DNA of 64,000 bases, taken from NCBI GenBank assembly GCA_004524445.1, contig SDNP01000001.1, forward strand, positions 98,460 to 162,459, written 5' to 3'. Source of the DNA: Candidatus Thorarchaeota archaeon (GTDB taxonomy: Archaea; Asgardarchaeota; Thorarchaeia; Thorarchaeales; Thorarchaeaceae). Position 1 is the stretch's first letter. Every line of letters starts with the position of its first letter. Both the position numbers and the translations under genes were made by a program. Below, piece after piece: positions 29,719 through 39,901 of the stretch. The notes under the pieces are model-generated. The model worked only from the letters and a program-made list of their open reading frames with translations. It ran no database searches and had not been told where the DNA came from.

Positions 29719-30183
29719 CTACCAAGGTCTCTCAGAGTCATCATAGGGTCGGAAATGGAGGAGCAACATGGCAACAGCAAAAAAGGCAGGAATGGGATAT
29801 AGGAGATCGGAGAAACCAGAGGGCTGCACCAATTGAAGTAAGAATGAGTATGAGGACAATGTAATTGCAGGCATAATAGATAGAACGCCTATTGCGATTG
29901 TCTGTCTTCTAGAAACGTAGCCAGAGTAGTATCTAATCATCCAAAATGCGAGCAACAATCTCGGTATCCAATATGAACCATAGATAAGAAGGTCTGACCA
30001 TTCAATCAACGTGAATCCAGTGAAATAGAATGAACTAATAAACGTCCAAAATGACCATCGAATGATATGGTTGGCTGACCCCAATCCGACTGTCTGTTCA
30101 TATCCATATGGGAGAAGAACGGCACCCAATAGCATAACTAGAGATACTAAAATCGGACGAAATCCATCCATGGTGCGACTCAA
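29719..30183 (-). CDS. membrane protein, paralog of 29003-29506
   Basis: about 4 TM segments; RLLLAFWMIRYY..GVLSI..YPIP. Confidence 0.7.
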   Translation of the reverse strand: MSRTMDGFRPILVSLVMLLGAVLLPYGYEQTVGLGSANHIIRWSFWTFISSFYFTGFTLIEWSDLLIYGSYWIPRLLLAFWMIRYYSGYVSRRQTIAIGVLSIMPAITLSSYSFLLQLVQPSGFSDLLYPIPAFFAVAMLLLHFRPYDDSERPW

Positions 30184-30360
30184 TAATATCAGACTCCAGA
30201 ATGGTAACTGAAGAGATATGAAATAAGTATTCTAATCATAGCAAGGTGTACTTACAAATGGAATATCTGCTCTCGAATCTCTGCGATCGATGAATTGATT
30301 GCAAGGCAGTTTCAAGAAGATTGATATCCAATTGAGTGATACGGTACGGTCGATTACATA

Positions 30361-30861
30361 ATGGCATATGATCAGACGAATCGTTTTAGTCCGCCTGAAT
30401 ACGGACTGCTGCCAGAAGAAACTGTTCTATGGCAACAATCTGGAGGTACGCCCTTCATGATTTTCTATTGTGGGGTGTGTCTCCCGTTATCGAGTGTATT
30501 CATAATTCCCTTCATTGCTGCATACATCGGGGAAACAATCGCATCAGGATACGCGCTCTTTTCTCTGATGATCCTACTGTATACGGTTGCAAGGTATATC
30601 AACATTCGAAGAACACAATACTACCTGACTACAAACAGGATTATTGAAACACGTGGAGGACGAATCGTAGAAGAGATATCCAGAGAGTCTCTTAGGGAGA
30701 GAAACCCACGCGAGTTCTTTCAGGCTAAAGAAGATTACGGGTCCGGTGGAGGTGCAATATACAGAATACGATTCTACAATATTGAATTGGGCAAGCTAAT
30801 CGAGTTTCATGGAATTCGGGACTGGGACTTGGAAAAGATTCGGAAGATAATGCAGCTCTAG
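30361..30861 (+). CDS. two-TM protein with a bacterial PH-like domain
   Basis: LLPEETVLW, two TMs, YYLTTNRII. Confidence 0.65.
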   Translation: MAYDQTNRFSPPEYGLLPEETVLWQQSGGTPFMIFYCGVCLPLSSVFIIPFIAAYIGETIASGYALFSLMILLYTVARYINIRRTQYYLTTNRIIETRGGRIVEEISRESLRERNPREFFQAKEDYGSGGGAIYRIRFYNIELGKLIEFHGIRDWDLEKIRKIMQL

Positions 30862-30945
30862 AACGGAAATAAAATGCCATTCCATTACGTTGGAAGTGCC
30901 TGATTACTATGCCAACTCTGCTATGCAAAGATGTAAGAACGGTCC

Positions 30946-31287
30946 CTATTTTTCTATATCCTTGATCTTTCTGAGAAGGGCTAGTGCATCATGGTCGCCA
31001 TGCCTTGCTCGGTAGGCCAAGATTCCCGTCCTTATGACTGCGTTTCGTTGACCATGCGGGTTGTCAGGGTCATAATGATTCACTTGAAGTTTGCAGGGAA
31101 AATCGGGGCAGACGCCACAATGAGCAATATCATTCTCATCTACGCAGCCGTAGAGTTTGCAAACGCCCCACCAGGGATGCCCCTTTGCAATATTACAGCC
31201 TGGACAGATATGATTAGAGGAACCCCCAAAGGCTGGGCAATAACTGCAGTCGTGACCACAAACTGTTAGTGTACTCACATCTCCCAT
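30946..31287 (-). CDS. DUF3795-like Cys-rich protein
   Basis: CGHDCSYCP...CPGC...C...C...HCGVCPDFPC. Confidence 0.8.
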   Translation of the reverse strand: MGDVSTLTVCGHDCSYCPAFGGSSNHICPGCNIAKGHPWWGVCKLYGCVDENDIAHCGVCPDFPCKLQVNHYDPDNPHGQRNAVIRTGILAYRARHGDHDALALLRKIKDIEK

Positions 31288-31852
31288 TGTTGTAACCTGG
31301 TCGCAATCCTATCTTCCATCTATATTGTTTGTCCTCGTAGCAAGATTATCCTTACAATATTGACAATCTGTAATTTAGCTAAGGTATCAAAAATTGGATT
31401 CTTCTATGATACCAAGAATCCAATCATATAGACCGGTCAAATCAAAGCAGTATGAACTACCAATCGCCCTCTCTACCTTTTCATCTCTTTTTCATGTTGC
31501 TCCATTTCTCAGATTATATCTAGGTCTTTGGGAAAGGGGTCAAAAAATGTCTGCGATTGTAGGTACTCGTTCTCAAATCTAGCACCCCAATTCTGAGTAG
31601 TTCACGCACTAGTGTTAGGATAGCCTTTCCACCAGCACCTGCAGAATCCCAAACAGTTGCTGGAATATATCCTGGGCCTTGAGAATTTTCTCATCGCTTG
31701 TCCACCATGGATTGTCACAGTCCTCTCTTTTAATCCTTGATTTCATATATCTATTATATTGTAGTTCTAAGTTCCAATATGATGGATAACAGCTGTTATC
31801 AATGAAGTCGACTGGATATATGCAACCGAAATTGCGATGAGAGCTGAAGAGA

Positions 31853-32461
31853 ATGAAGGTACATAATCTGACAGTTGCTATTCTGGCAGGAGGCGACTCA
31901 AGTCGGTTTGGTAGCTATAAGGCAATGGCAGACTACAGGGGGAAACCATTATTGGCTCATATGATTAAAATCGGGAAGAGATTATCCAGTGACGTGATGA
32001 TTGTAGTATCTAATCCTACTCAGGAGCATATGGTTGAGGAACTGAATCCGGACATAAATGTGGTGACAGATCCGGAAGGGGGCCCTCGGAGTGCCCTTTA
32101 TGGAGCGGTTACTGCCTTCGAATACGCCTCGAGTGACTATACTCTACTTCTTCCAGCGGACTCTCCGAAGGCCAATACTGACCTTTTGATAACTCTGGCT
32201 CAAATGAAAGAAGGACACGGTGCTGTTGTACCATCCTGGCCTAATGGTTACGTGGAACCCCTCCATTCAGTATATTTGTCAGAACATGCCTATGTCAACG
32301 GTTTGAAAGCCTTAGATAGTGAGTCTCTAAAAATGCAGAATCTCCTCTCTCTCCTCAGAAACGTCATTTATGTTTCGACTGAAGTATTGAAGCAATTTGA
32401 CCCCAAACTGGAAACCTTTGATAATGTCAATTCTCCATCTGATCTTCGAAGGTTGAAGTGA
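31853..32461 (+). CDS. mobA: molybdenum cofactor guanylyltransferase
   Basis: ILAGGDSSRFG..K, PADSP, EPLHSVY and NVNSP. Confidence 0.88.
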   Translation: MKVHNLTVAILAGGDSSRFGSYKAMADYRGKPLLAHMIKIGKRLSSDVMIVVSNPTQEHMVEELNPDINVVTDPEGGPRSALYGAVTAFEYASSDYTLLLPADSPKANTDLLITLAQMKEGHGAVVPSWPNGYVEPLHSVYLSEHAYVNGLKALDSESLKMQNLLSLLRNVIYVSTEVLKQFDPKLETFDNVNSPSDLRRLK

Positions 32462-32481
32462 CTCTTCAATGGATAGAAACT

Positions 32482-33576
32482 CTACCTATATAATCCACCA
32501 CTTTCATGACGAATTCTGCAGGTTCCTTCATGACCTACCATGCAAGGTCCGTAAGGGTCACTAGGAGTGCATCTTTTTCCAAAGAGGGCACATTCCGTTG
32601 GATCAGTTATTCCCAGAATGACTTTATGACATACGCAACCCGGCAGAATATCAATCGACTTCATTGGCGGAAAATCATATTTTTTCCCCGCATCATATTT
32701 ACTATATTCCTCTCTGATGAACATCCCCGAATCTGGAATGATGCCGAGACCACGCCATGGGGCATCACCAATTGAGAATGCCTTGTTCAGCGCGTTCTGA
32801 GCTGCAATGTTGCCTTCTGGTCGAACAACACGTCGATACTCGTTTTCTGATTCTGCACGACCATCTTTGATTTGTAGTAATATCATCCGAATAGCTTCCA
32901 GCATATCCAAGGGCTCGAACCCTGCAGCAACGCAAGGAACTTTGTGGGTTTCCGCTATGGATTGAAAGGCATTAGTGCCAATTATAGCGCTAACGTGTCC
33001 TGGTGTAACGAATCCATCAACGGCAAATCCTTCCTGCTTCACCAAGAGCTCCATCGCCGGAGGAATCACTTTCAGCGAGGTCAATATACTGAAATTATCG
33101 GGTGGACTCTTAAGAAGCTCAATAGCCATTGTCGGTGCAGTAGTTTCGAAACCGACGCCAATGAAGATTACATCTCTATCCGGATTCTTTTTCGCAATTT
33201 CTACAGCGTCATTTACACCATAAACTACTCGCACATCTCCCCCCTTTGATCGTTCCTTCATCAAAGAAGAGTCCGTGGAAGGCACGCGTATCATATCGCC
33301 AAAAGTGGCTACTATATGGCCTCTTTTAACGAGTTCAACAGCTCTGTCTACATCTTCTGCGGCGCATACGCAAACTGGGCATCCGGGTCCAGCCACGAGC
33401 TGAATCTCTTTTGGCAATACTGCACGAAGCCCATGACTACTAATGGTGTCTTCGTGTGTCCCACAAACATGAACAATTCGAGTTTTCCTGCCCTGATTGA
33501 GTTCCTCTATTTCTCGTAAGAGACCTTTTGCCAAGTTGGCGCTTCTGAAATTATTGTGCTTTTGCATAGGACTCAA
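32482..33576 (-). CDS. hypD: hydrogenase maturation protein HypD
   Basis: CGTH, GPGCPVC, GFETT, PGHVS and C-terminal Cys cluster. Confidence 0.96.
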   Translation of the reverse strand: MSPMQKHNNFRSANLAKGLLREIEELNQGRKTRIVHVCGTHEDTISSHGLRAVLPKEIQLVAGPGCPVCVCAAEDVDRAVELVKRGHIVATFGDMIRVPSTDSSLMKERSKGGDVRVVYGVNDAVEIAKKNPDRDVIFIGVGFETTAPTMAIELLKSPPDNFSILTSLKVIPPAMELLVKQEGFAVDGFVTPGHVSAIIGTNAFQSIAETHKVPCVAAGFEPLDMLEAIRMILLQIKDGRAESENEYRRVVRPEGNIAAQNALNKAFSIGDAPWRGLGIIPDSGMFIREEYSKYDAGKKYDFPPMKSIDILPGCVCHKVILGITDPTECALFGKRCTPSDPYGPCMVGHEGTCRIRHESGGLYR

Positions 33577-33628
33577 TCCGCCTTGTATATTGAAACGGCA
33601 GGGATAAACTTAGTTGAATGGGCACACT

Positions 33629-33955
33629 CTATTTGTTCGACTTGATGGCATCCAATATCACTAATGCCTCACCAATCGAAATCGAGAGCTTACTGGCAAG
33701 TTGTTTCGGACTAATTTCCGGGTTGTTCGGCAAAATATTGTCTCGGATGTATCCCGAGAGACCGGAATAAAGCGGACTTCTTCTGGCTGTTTCAACAAGG
33801 ATGTCCCACAGAGGGTGGCTTTTGAAATTCTTAATGTCAATATCCACAAGCCGTGTAGAATTCTGAGGTTGTGGCCGGGGTTCAATCTCTTGAAGGTCAT
33901 CCTTATTTTCTGTATCACAATCAGATGTATGGGCTGATAACCTATCCTGCTTCAA
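33629..33955 (-). CDS. hypothetical protein with a C-terminal HTH-like motif
   Basis: ISPKQLASKLSISIGEALVIL. Confidence 0.55.
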   Translation of the reverse strand: MKQDRLSAHTSDCDTENKDDLQEIEPRPQPQNSTRLVDIDIKNFKSHPLWDILVETARRSPLYSGLSGYIRDNILPNNPEISPKQLASKLSISIGEALVILDAIKSNK

Positions 33956-34178
33956 TCTTGCGTCCCGTCCTTGAATCCCGGCAAAGATCTCCTTGTCGGA
34001 GCCGTCTATTGCATTGCTATCTCAGCCAATTATAAGCCTTCGGTAGAAATCATCCGCAATACAGAATTCGGCGCTGATTTTCAAGAATTTCTTCATCGAA
34101 TAAAAAATAGCCATCTTAGTAACCTTTAACAACAAAGCCCCCTTCGAAGATTCATACAAACTCGGCCATAGTGCCATT

Positions 34179-34493
34179 GTGGGGTTTGAAAAAAAGTTGC
34201 CTCGTGGCATACGAAGAATCGTTTTGGATGTACTGAAACCACACACGCCTAGACTGACAGACCTTGCGATAATGATTTCGCGGGATGAACATGTAAGCGG
34301 TGTTAACATATCAGTAAAGGAAGTTGATGCCAATACTGAATCAATAACCATCACTCTTGAGGGTGATGATCTGCAGTATGATACTGTAAAGGAGATTTTA
34401 CAAGAAGCTGGTGCGGTGGTTCATTCAATTGACCAAGTTGTTGCCGGCAAACAGCTGATTGAAGAAGTGACGTTGCAGCCTGAAAACTCCTAA
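34179..34493 (+). CDS. DUF211 archaeal protein
   Basis: IRRIVLDVLKPH and GAVVHSIDQVVAG. Confidence 0.9.
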   Translation: MGFEKKLPRGIRRIVLDVLKPHTPRLTDLAIMISRDEHVSGVNISVKEVDANTESITITLEGDDLQYDTVKEILQEAGAVVHSIDQVVAGKQLIEEVTLQPENS

Positions 34494-35116
34494 TATCGGA
34501 AGTCTTGTTGTTCTAACTGCTTGAGTAGTCTTTGACTTTCTTTGTCAATCTTATGCTGCACGATGGAAAGCAGCTCTCTCTCAAACGCCCTTGGAACAAT
34601 TTTCACAATACTGCACAGTCTATCTACAATTTTCTCTGCCAGTGCATTGGTTGATAGAATACTGCCTGTTACAATACTGTGTACAACGGCTTCCCCCACA
34701 CTTCCACTAACAATTGAGTCAATTACACTAGATATCGTTCCTTGTGGGTCAGCATAGAATGGCAATTGGCTTTGATCATGTAACGTTAGGAATCCAAGTT
34801 TCTCGACAATACTATCTGCATACCATTCCAGGCTTGTTTCTTTCATACGAAATTTTGCTGCAAATTCTGTCTTTGTTAGGGGGTTCGGATGGCTCCAAGG
34901 GTGTCTTGTAACAATATACAAAGATGCGGCGTAAAGTGGATCGCTCTCGCGAGGCTTACCTTCATGCGATACATATCTTCTAATCAAGTCAAGAGCCATT
35001 GTCTGGTAACTCTCGTCTATTTGGTTCTCGATAAAATACTGATGTCCTTCTCTCACCAAATTGACGATAACTTGTGGGCTGGCTGCTAGGCGAATATTCT
35101 CCTCGTGACTCTCCAC
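34490..35116 (-). CDS. protein with one TFIIB/TFB cyclin-like repeat
   Basis: LYAASLYIVTR...LTKTEFAAKFRMKETSL...IVEKLG. Confidence 0.55.
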   Translation of the reverse strand: MESHEENIRLAASPQVIVNLVREGHQYFIENQIDESYQTMALDLIRRYVSHEGKPRESDPLYAASLYIVTRHPWSHPNPLTKTEFAAKFRMKETSLEWYADSIVEKLGFLTLHDQSQLPFYADPQGTISSVIDSIVSGSVGEAVVHSIVTGSILSTNALAEKIVDRLCSIVKIVPRAFERELLSIVQHKIDKESQRLLKQLEQQDFRY

Positions 35117-35225
35117 TGCTGAACACCCTTTCTCTGACTTATTTTGTGGAACAGAAGTCCCTTATAACTGCACAGGAAACTAGGGTTTGTAACCATTCTA
35201 AGCGCGCCATCCAGCATTGAATGAC

Positions 35226-35786
35226 TTACCTTGCTCGATACGTTTTTTCTAGCGCCCACCTTAGGGCTCTTTGAATCTCACTCAATCTTGATTCTGTACC
35301 ATAATTACGAATCACAATCTCTTCAAGAATGCCATCGTCTGACTTCACCTCAAAGTCAAAAGCATCATCCCAGGTGATATCTCCAGTCTCAACCTTCTCT
35401 CTGTCCTCTTCATGGAATTTTCCAAGAATGCGTTCAACAAAAAATCTAGCGAAGGCACCTCGTTTAATATCGTACAAAGCATGAGCCGCTGGAATAACAC
35501 GAATCTCATTCTCAGTGATCTCTAAGGATGCCAGCTCCAAGTCCCTCTGCTTGTTCATCAATACGACGCTCCGCAGTTCCTCTACTGGTTTGGGTTGCAT
35601 TTCTTCAGGGGGCGTCATCTCTGCTCCCAAAGCAGTATCTGCAGTTGAGAAACTCCCAGTGCTGATTACTTCATCCAGTGCCTTGATAAATTCCCGTAAT
35701 TTTTCTCTTCTCTCTTGGAGTGCTTCCAACTCTGTTTCAAGTTCTTTTCGTAATTCAAGAAAGATGGGTATTTTCGGGTCGGACAT
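35226..35786 (-). CDS. hypothetical protein with an N-terminal coiled coil
   Basis: heptad-like LRKELETELEALQERREKLREFIKAL. Confidence 0.7.
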   Translation of the reverse strand: MSDPKIPIFLELRKELETELEALQERREKLREFIKALDEVISTGSFSTADTALGAEMTPPEEMQPKPVEELRSVVLMNKQRDLELASLEITENEIRVIPAAHALYDIKRGAFARFFVERILGKFHEEDREKVETGDITWDDAFDFEVKSDDGILEEIVIRNYGTESRLSEIQRALRWALEKTYRAR

Positions 35787-35906
35787 TATCGATGCCTCTC
35801 ACTAATGCGCATTAACCTAGTAGTGTATCAATATATGGTTTGTAGTATTATAAGGTCGAGGAAAATGCCCTCTGCAGAACGGAGAAAGAATTTGAGAAAG
35901 AACCCG

Positions 35907-36134
35907 TTACTCTTCTTCGACTACGGCTATGGCAAAATCTGGACAATGCATTTCGCAGAGATGACACACTCTGCAGCTTTCTAGGTCTTTGACCACTGGC
36001 AAATAGAATCCTCTATTGTCAACCTCATCAGAGGTTTCTAGGACATCATGTGGACAAATATGAGTGCAAAGATGACAACCCTTGCAGAATTCCGAATCAA
36101 TTATTATCGCTCTGGCCTTTTTTGCCATTGCCAT
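35907..36134 (-). CDS. 2x[4Fe-4S] ferredoxin (oxoacid oxidoreductase delta-like)
   Basis: CKGCHLCTHICP and CRVCHLCEMHCPDFAI. Confidence 0.92.
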   Translation of the reverse strand: MAMAKKARAIIIDSEFCKGCHLCTHICPHDVLETSDEVDNRGFYLPVVKDLESCRVCHLCEMHCPDFAIAVVEEE

Positions 36135-36207
36135 TCTCTCATTCTCCAGTCGCCTGTTTTTGGGTTATAATGGTATTTATCTAGTATCCGACATGACAAT
36201 ATAGCGA

Positions 36208-36963
36208 GTGGAATCTATAGGACACTCAGAGGAAGGATCCGCGCTATTGAAACCATACCTTGTATTCATGTGCCCCAAATGTAGAAATTTCACAAACGCT
36301 CCTCTAGGTCAAAAAAGACGAAAATGCAGTTATTGTGGAAAAATCATTAACATTGAGAACGCAGCAAGTGCTCTATTTGACTCTCCTCAAGAAGCTGGAA
36401 CCGCCGTGCGCGAATTCAATGCATCTCGAGGAGGAGGTGAGTTTGATGAGGCTGTAGAAAAATCACGAAAGCGGATAACTGAATTGATGCCAGCTGAACG
36501 GGTGTCGGTTGATGACATCTCTGACAAATCTGGTGAATCCCTACCCTCGGGTAAGAGGCGTCGACTAATGATGATGCTAGAGCGAGAGGCAAAAGAAGCT
36601 CCTTGCCCATTGGAGCGAATTGAACGACTCTCCAAAGAATATAGATTGGATTGGGCTTGGGTGGAAGATCAGCTCAATGCCTTGGGCAACACAGGAGAAC
36701 TCATATTTCCCCGACCATGGACCATTAAGTTAATCAAAACCGCAAAAAAAGACAAGAAAGATGACAACCTCATTTCTAAAGATGTTTCAAATGAGATAAT
36801 GGAACTCCTCCGCGAAAATGATGGCGAACTCAATCTTGAAAAGATTCTATGTCATTTCAAAGATAAGGGGATATCAACCTCCTCTGTTGAGTCATCTCTA
36901 GATCGTCTCCTTCATAACGGTGAGATATACACTCCTCGTCCAAGTACAATTTGTTTGATTTAA
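36208..36963 (+). CDS. zinc-ribbon (DUF1922-like) protein with C-terminal winged-helix domains
   Basis: CPKC...CSYC; LDRLLHNGEIYTPRP. Confidence 0.65.
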   Translation: MESIGHSEEGSALLKPYLVFMCPKCRNFTNAPLGQKRRKCSYCGKIINIENAASALFDSPQEAGTAVREFNASRGGGEFDEAVEKSRKRITELMPAERVSVDDISDKSGESLPSGKRRRLMMMLEREAKEAPCPLERIERLSKEYRLDWAWVEDQLNALGNTGELIFPRPWTIKLIKTAKKDKKDDNLISKDVSNEIMELLRENDGELNLEKILCHFKDKGISTSSVESSLDRLLHNGEIYTPRPSTICLI

Positions 36964-37003
36964 CGAGTTTGAATGACTTGATATCCCTGAAGAACTTAGA
37001 GAA

Positions 37004-37402
37004 GTGATAGCAATGCCAATGGTGGAACTCGTAGCGAAGAAGGTCTTGCAACGCAATCCTGACATTGGCTTGACCCTGGTTGACCTCATTGTTTTGCTGT
37101 GGCTCTATACTAATCCATATGACAGTAATCGCCGGCAATTGTCCTCAATGAAGAACGTACTGAAAATGTCACAAGTCATGCAGACTCCTGTTGGGAGACT
37201 AGAGGTGACCGATGACGAACTCACGCAGATTGTCCTGGGCAGTCTCAGGAAGTTGAAATCCAAAGGACTCATCTACATCAGTTCTGCTGGAGTGCACTAC
37301 GTGCGGGGCACTCTGACAGAGGCAGGCTTGGAGCTTGTAGAGAATTCGGTGAGTACACCTCTTTTGCGGCGTGTGACGACAGAGTTTGGAGATAGCCCAT
37401 AA
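37004..37402 (+). CDS. hypothetical winged-helix protein
   Basis: LRKLKSKGLI...LTEAG. Confidence 0.65.
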   Translation: MIAMPMVELVAKKVLQRNPDIGLTLVDLIVLLWLYTNPYDSNRRQLSSMKNVLKMSQVMQTPVGRLEVTDDELTQIVLGSLRKLKSKGLIYISSAGVHYVRGTLTEAGLELVENSVSTPLLRRVTTEFGDSP

Positions 37403-37439
37403 CTAATTTTAGTTACAACAAACTTGGCCTTTCATAATA

Positions 37440-37663
37440 CTTAAATGCAAAGTACTTGGAGCTCACAAGTGTTGCTCTCTAGAAACGATTGTTTCGAGAC
37501 CGAAGGAAGCAGTGCAGGCCACTAGTTCTGCTCGCGAGAACGGCGTGTATACGTGTGCCGGAGTGTCTTGGAGTGATTGTCGAGGGTGCAGGAACAATTG
37601 ATTCACCTGAGTTGAGAGACTACCAGAGCTGAGTCAAGATAAAGACCCGGAAGTGAGGCAGAA
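37440..37663 (+). promoter_or_regulatory. promoter and long structured 5' leader of the rpl22 operon
   Basis: CTTAAAT box at 37440-46; nested pairings TTCTGCTCGC/GTGAGGCAGAA, CCGG/CCGG and TGTCTTGG/TCAAGATA. Confidence 0.5.
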
Positions 37664-38127
37664 TGCCGTCATATGGATATAGTATCATTGGCATAGACCC
37701 TGATCGTACAGCAAAAGCTAGTGGAAGGAATATGCGATGTTCACCAAAGCATTGCAGAGAAATCTGTAACGAAATACGGGGAATGATGCTGGATAAAGCA
37801 ATGGATCTCCTGAATGAGGTCATAGAAGAAAAAGCCTGGATACCGTACAGGCGTCATAAGAAAAAGCGTGCTCATCACTCAGGCATGAAAAAATGGCATA
37901 CCGGTGGTCACCCTGTCAAGGCATCCAGCCACATTCTCAAAGTGTTACGAAATGCCGAAGCGAATGCGGATAACAAAGGATTGGATATTGACCGTCTGAA
38001 AATAATTCATGCAGCATCGCAAAAAGGGCGAACATACAAGAAGTACATTGAGAGAGCATTTGGTCGAAGCACCCCCTATTTTGAGCACACTTCTCATGTA
38101 GAAATAGTATTGGAAGAGGTGACCTAA
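37663..38127 (+). CDS. rpl22: ribosomal protein uL22
   Basis: SPKH..EIC..IRG, HPVKAS, NAEANA and RAFGR. Confidence 0.96.
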   Translation: MPSYGYSIIGIDPDRTAKASGRNMRCSPKHCREICNEIRGMMLDKAMDLLNEVIEEKAWIPYRRHKKKRAHHSGMKKWHTGGHPVKASSHILKVLRNAEANADNKGLDIDRLKIIHAASQKGRTYKKYIERAFGRSTPYFEHTSHVEIVLEEVT

Positions 38128-39033
38128 ATGTCGTCAATCAAGTATTTCATTGAAAAGAACACAAATAGGCTTGACATGGATGAGTTTCTTGCACGCGAGC
38201 TTAACTCAGCTGGTTATGGTGGTGTTGAGATCAGAAAGATGCCAATGCGCACTGAACTAGTGATTCATTCATCAAGGCCCGGTGTCGTTATTGGTCGCCG
38301 TGGTTCAAATATCAGAGAGCTGACATATACCCTAGAGAATGAGTTTGGGATTGAGAACATTCAGATTGAGGTTCAAGAGATAGAGAATCCGTGGCTCAAT
38401 GCTCAGGTTATGGCGTCACGAATAGCCCGACAATTAGAACGAGGTGTTCGATATCGACGTATGTCATATTGGATTCTTCGTAGAATTATGCGGGCTGGCG
38501 CAGTTGGTTGCGAAATCATTGTTAAGGGAAAACTCTCCAGCAGAAGAGCACGCTATCAAAAATTCAAGGCCGGAACTATTGCCAAGACTGGTGAACCGTC
38601 GAATCTGTTTGTTGATGAGGCTGACGATCATGCTGTTCTTAAGCCAGGAGTAATCGGCATTAAGGTCAGAATAATGGGACCTACAGTGAATCTTCCTGGA
38701 TATGTGAATATCCCTGAGCCTGAAGTCATGCCTTCTCGTGAAACTCCAGTGCTTATCGAAGAGGAAGCTGAAGATGAAGCTAAAGAGGGTGAAGAAGAAG
38801 TTGAAGAAGGTCTTGAAGGTATCACTGACCTTGACGAGCTCAAAGAACTTGAGGAATTAGATGGACTTGAGCTAGTTGATGATAGAGACGAGGGTCCCCA
38901 AGAAAAGGATGTTGAAGATTCTGAGGAAGAGGAACCTCAGGAAGAAGAGGAATCCGAAATTGATGCAGAGAGCACGATGGAGGAGCTTGAAGAGCTAGAT
39001 ACTCTCGGCGAAACTGAGGAAGGAGGCGACTAA
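38128..39033 (+). CDS. rps3: ribosomal protein uS3 with a long acidic C-terminal tail
   Basis: AGYGG, RPGVVIGRRG KH domain, GVIGIKVRI. Confidence 0.96.
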   Translation: MSSIKYFIEKNTNRLDMDEFLARELNSAGYGGVEIRKMPMRTELVIHSSRPGVVIGRRGSNIRELTYTLENEFGIENIQIEVQEIENPWLNAQVMASRIARQLERGVRYRRMSYWILRRIMRAGAVGCEIIVKGKLSSRRARYQKFKAGTIAKTGEPSNLFVDEADDHAVLKPGVIGIKVRIMGPTVNLPGYVNIPEPEVMPSRETPVLIEEEAEDEAKEGEEEVEEGLEGITDLDELKELEELDGLELVDDRDEGPQEKDVEDSEEEEPQEEEESEIDAESTMEELEELDTLGETEEGGD

Positions 39034-39036
39034 TCG

Positions 39037-39249
39037 ATGGCACGACTCACACCTCAAGATATCAGAAATCTTACTCCCAATGAGCGGGAGAAACGGCTTC
39101 AGGAACTATATGATGAGTTATCATCCGTTAGAATTGACTTGGCCACTGGTGGCGGAACGGACAATCCATATAGAATGCGTGCCATAAAGAAGGCCATCGC
39201 CCGAATTCTAACCATACAAAGAGAGGAAGAACTGGGGGTTAATGAATGA
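39037..39249 (+). CDS. rpl29: ribosomal protein uL29
   Basis: NP.RMRAIKKAIARILT; operon position. Confidence 0.93.
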   Translation: MARLTPQDIRNLTPNEREKRLQELYDELSSVRIDLATGGGTDNPYRMRAIKKAIARILTIQREEELGVNE

Positions 39250-39530
39250 GCATCACGCCGACGAACATCCTGGGACACGAATTGATGGGCCTGAAGGCAC
39301 ATGTAGTGAAATCAACGGACCCCACTCATGTTTCTCACAATGGGCGAATTGTAGCAGAATCGAGGTCAATGCTTCAGCTGGAAACCGAAACTGGAGATAT
39401 ATTATTGCCTAAAGAAGTGTGTACCTTCGAGATTACGCTTCCAGACGAAACCGTAGTTAGAGTAGATGGCAATCTCTTGCATGATCGCCCGGAAGATAGA
39501 ATGAAGAAACGCCATAAACGGAGATGGTAA
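39246..39530 (+). CDS. rnp1: RNase P protein Rpp29/Pop4
   Basis: HELMGL, G.IVAES, PK..C.F and RPEDR. Confidence 0.92.
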   Translation: MSITPTNILGHELMGLKAHVVKSTDPTHVSHNGRIVAESRSMLQLETETGDILLPKEVCTFEITLPDETVVRVDGNLLHDRPEDRMKKRHKRRW

Positions 39531-39898
39531 GAATGGCAAAGACCAAGAACAAAGTAAGGAATATTGGTGTTCCCGGTATAGAGCCTCCTGAAGAAACTTG
39601 TGAAGACTCAAGATGCCCATTTCATGGCAATCTTCCAGTGCGAGGCCGTGTTGTGGAAGGTATTGTACAATCCACAAAAATGCACAGAACCATTTCATAT
39701 GAAATGAACTACCTCAGCTTGGTGAAGAAATATTCGCGTTTTGAGCGACGGAGGTCACAGAAACTTGCTCATCTTCCGCCTTGTATAGATGTGAAAGCTG
39801 GAGATATTGTTACTGTTGCAGAGTGTAGGCCTTTGAGCAAGAATGTTTCATCAGTTGTGATCGCTTCAAGACCGAGTGAAACCGCAACGGAGGAGTAG
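39524..39898 (+). CDS. rps17: ribosomal protein uS17
   Basis: CPFHG.L.VRG, KYSRFERR and ECRPLSK. Confidence 0.96.
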   Translation: MVRMAKTKNKVRNIGVPGIEPPEETCEDSRCPFHGNLPVRGRVVEGIVQSTKMHRTISYEMNYLSLVKKYSRFERRRSQKLAHLPPCIDVKAGDIVTVAECRPLSKNVSSVVIASRPSETATEE

Positions 39899-39901
39899 TA
39901 A

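Noticed and set aside
31290-31850. ORF-poor gap with a GGATTCTT/AAGAATCC hairpin and a WDSAG-containing frame
   Set aside because: No complete ORF, GTPase motif set or RNA-gene signature that I can support.
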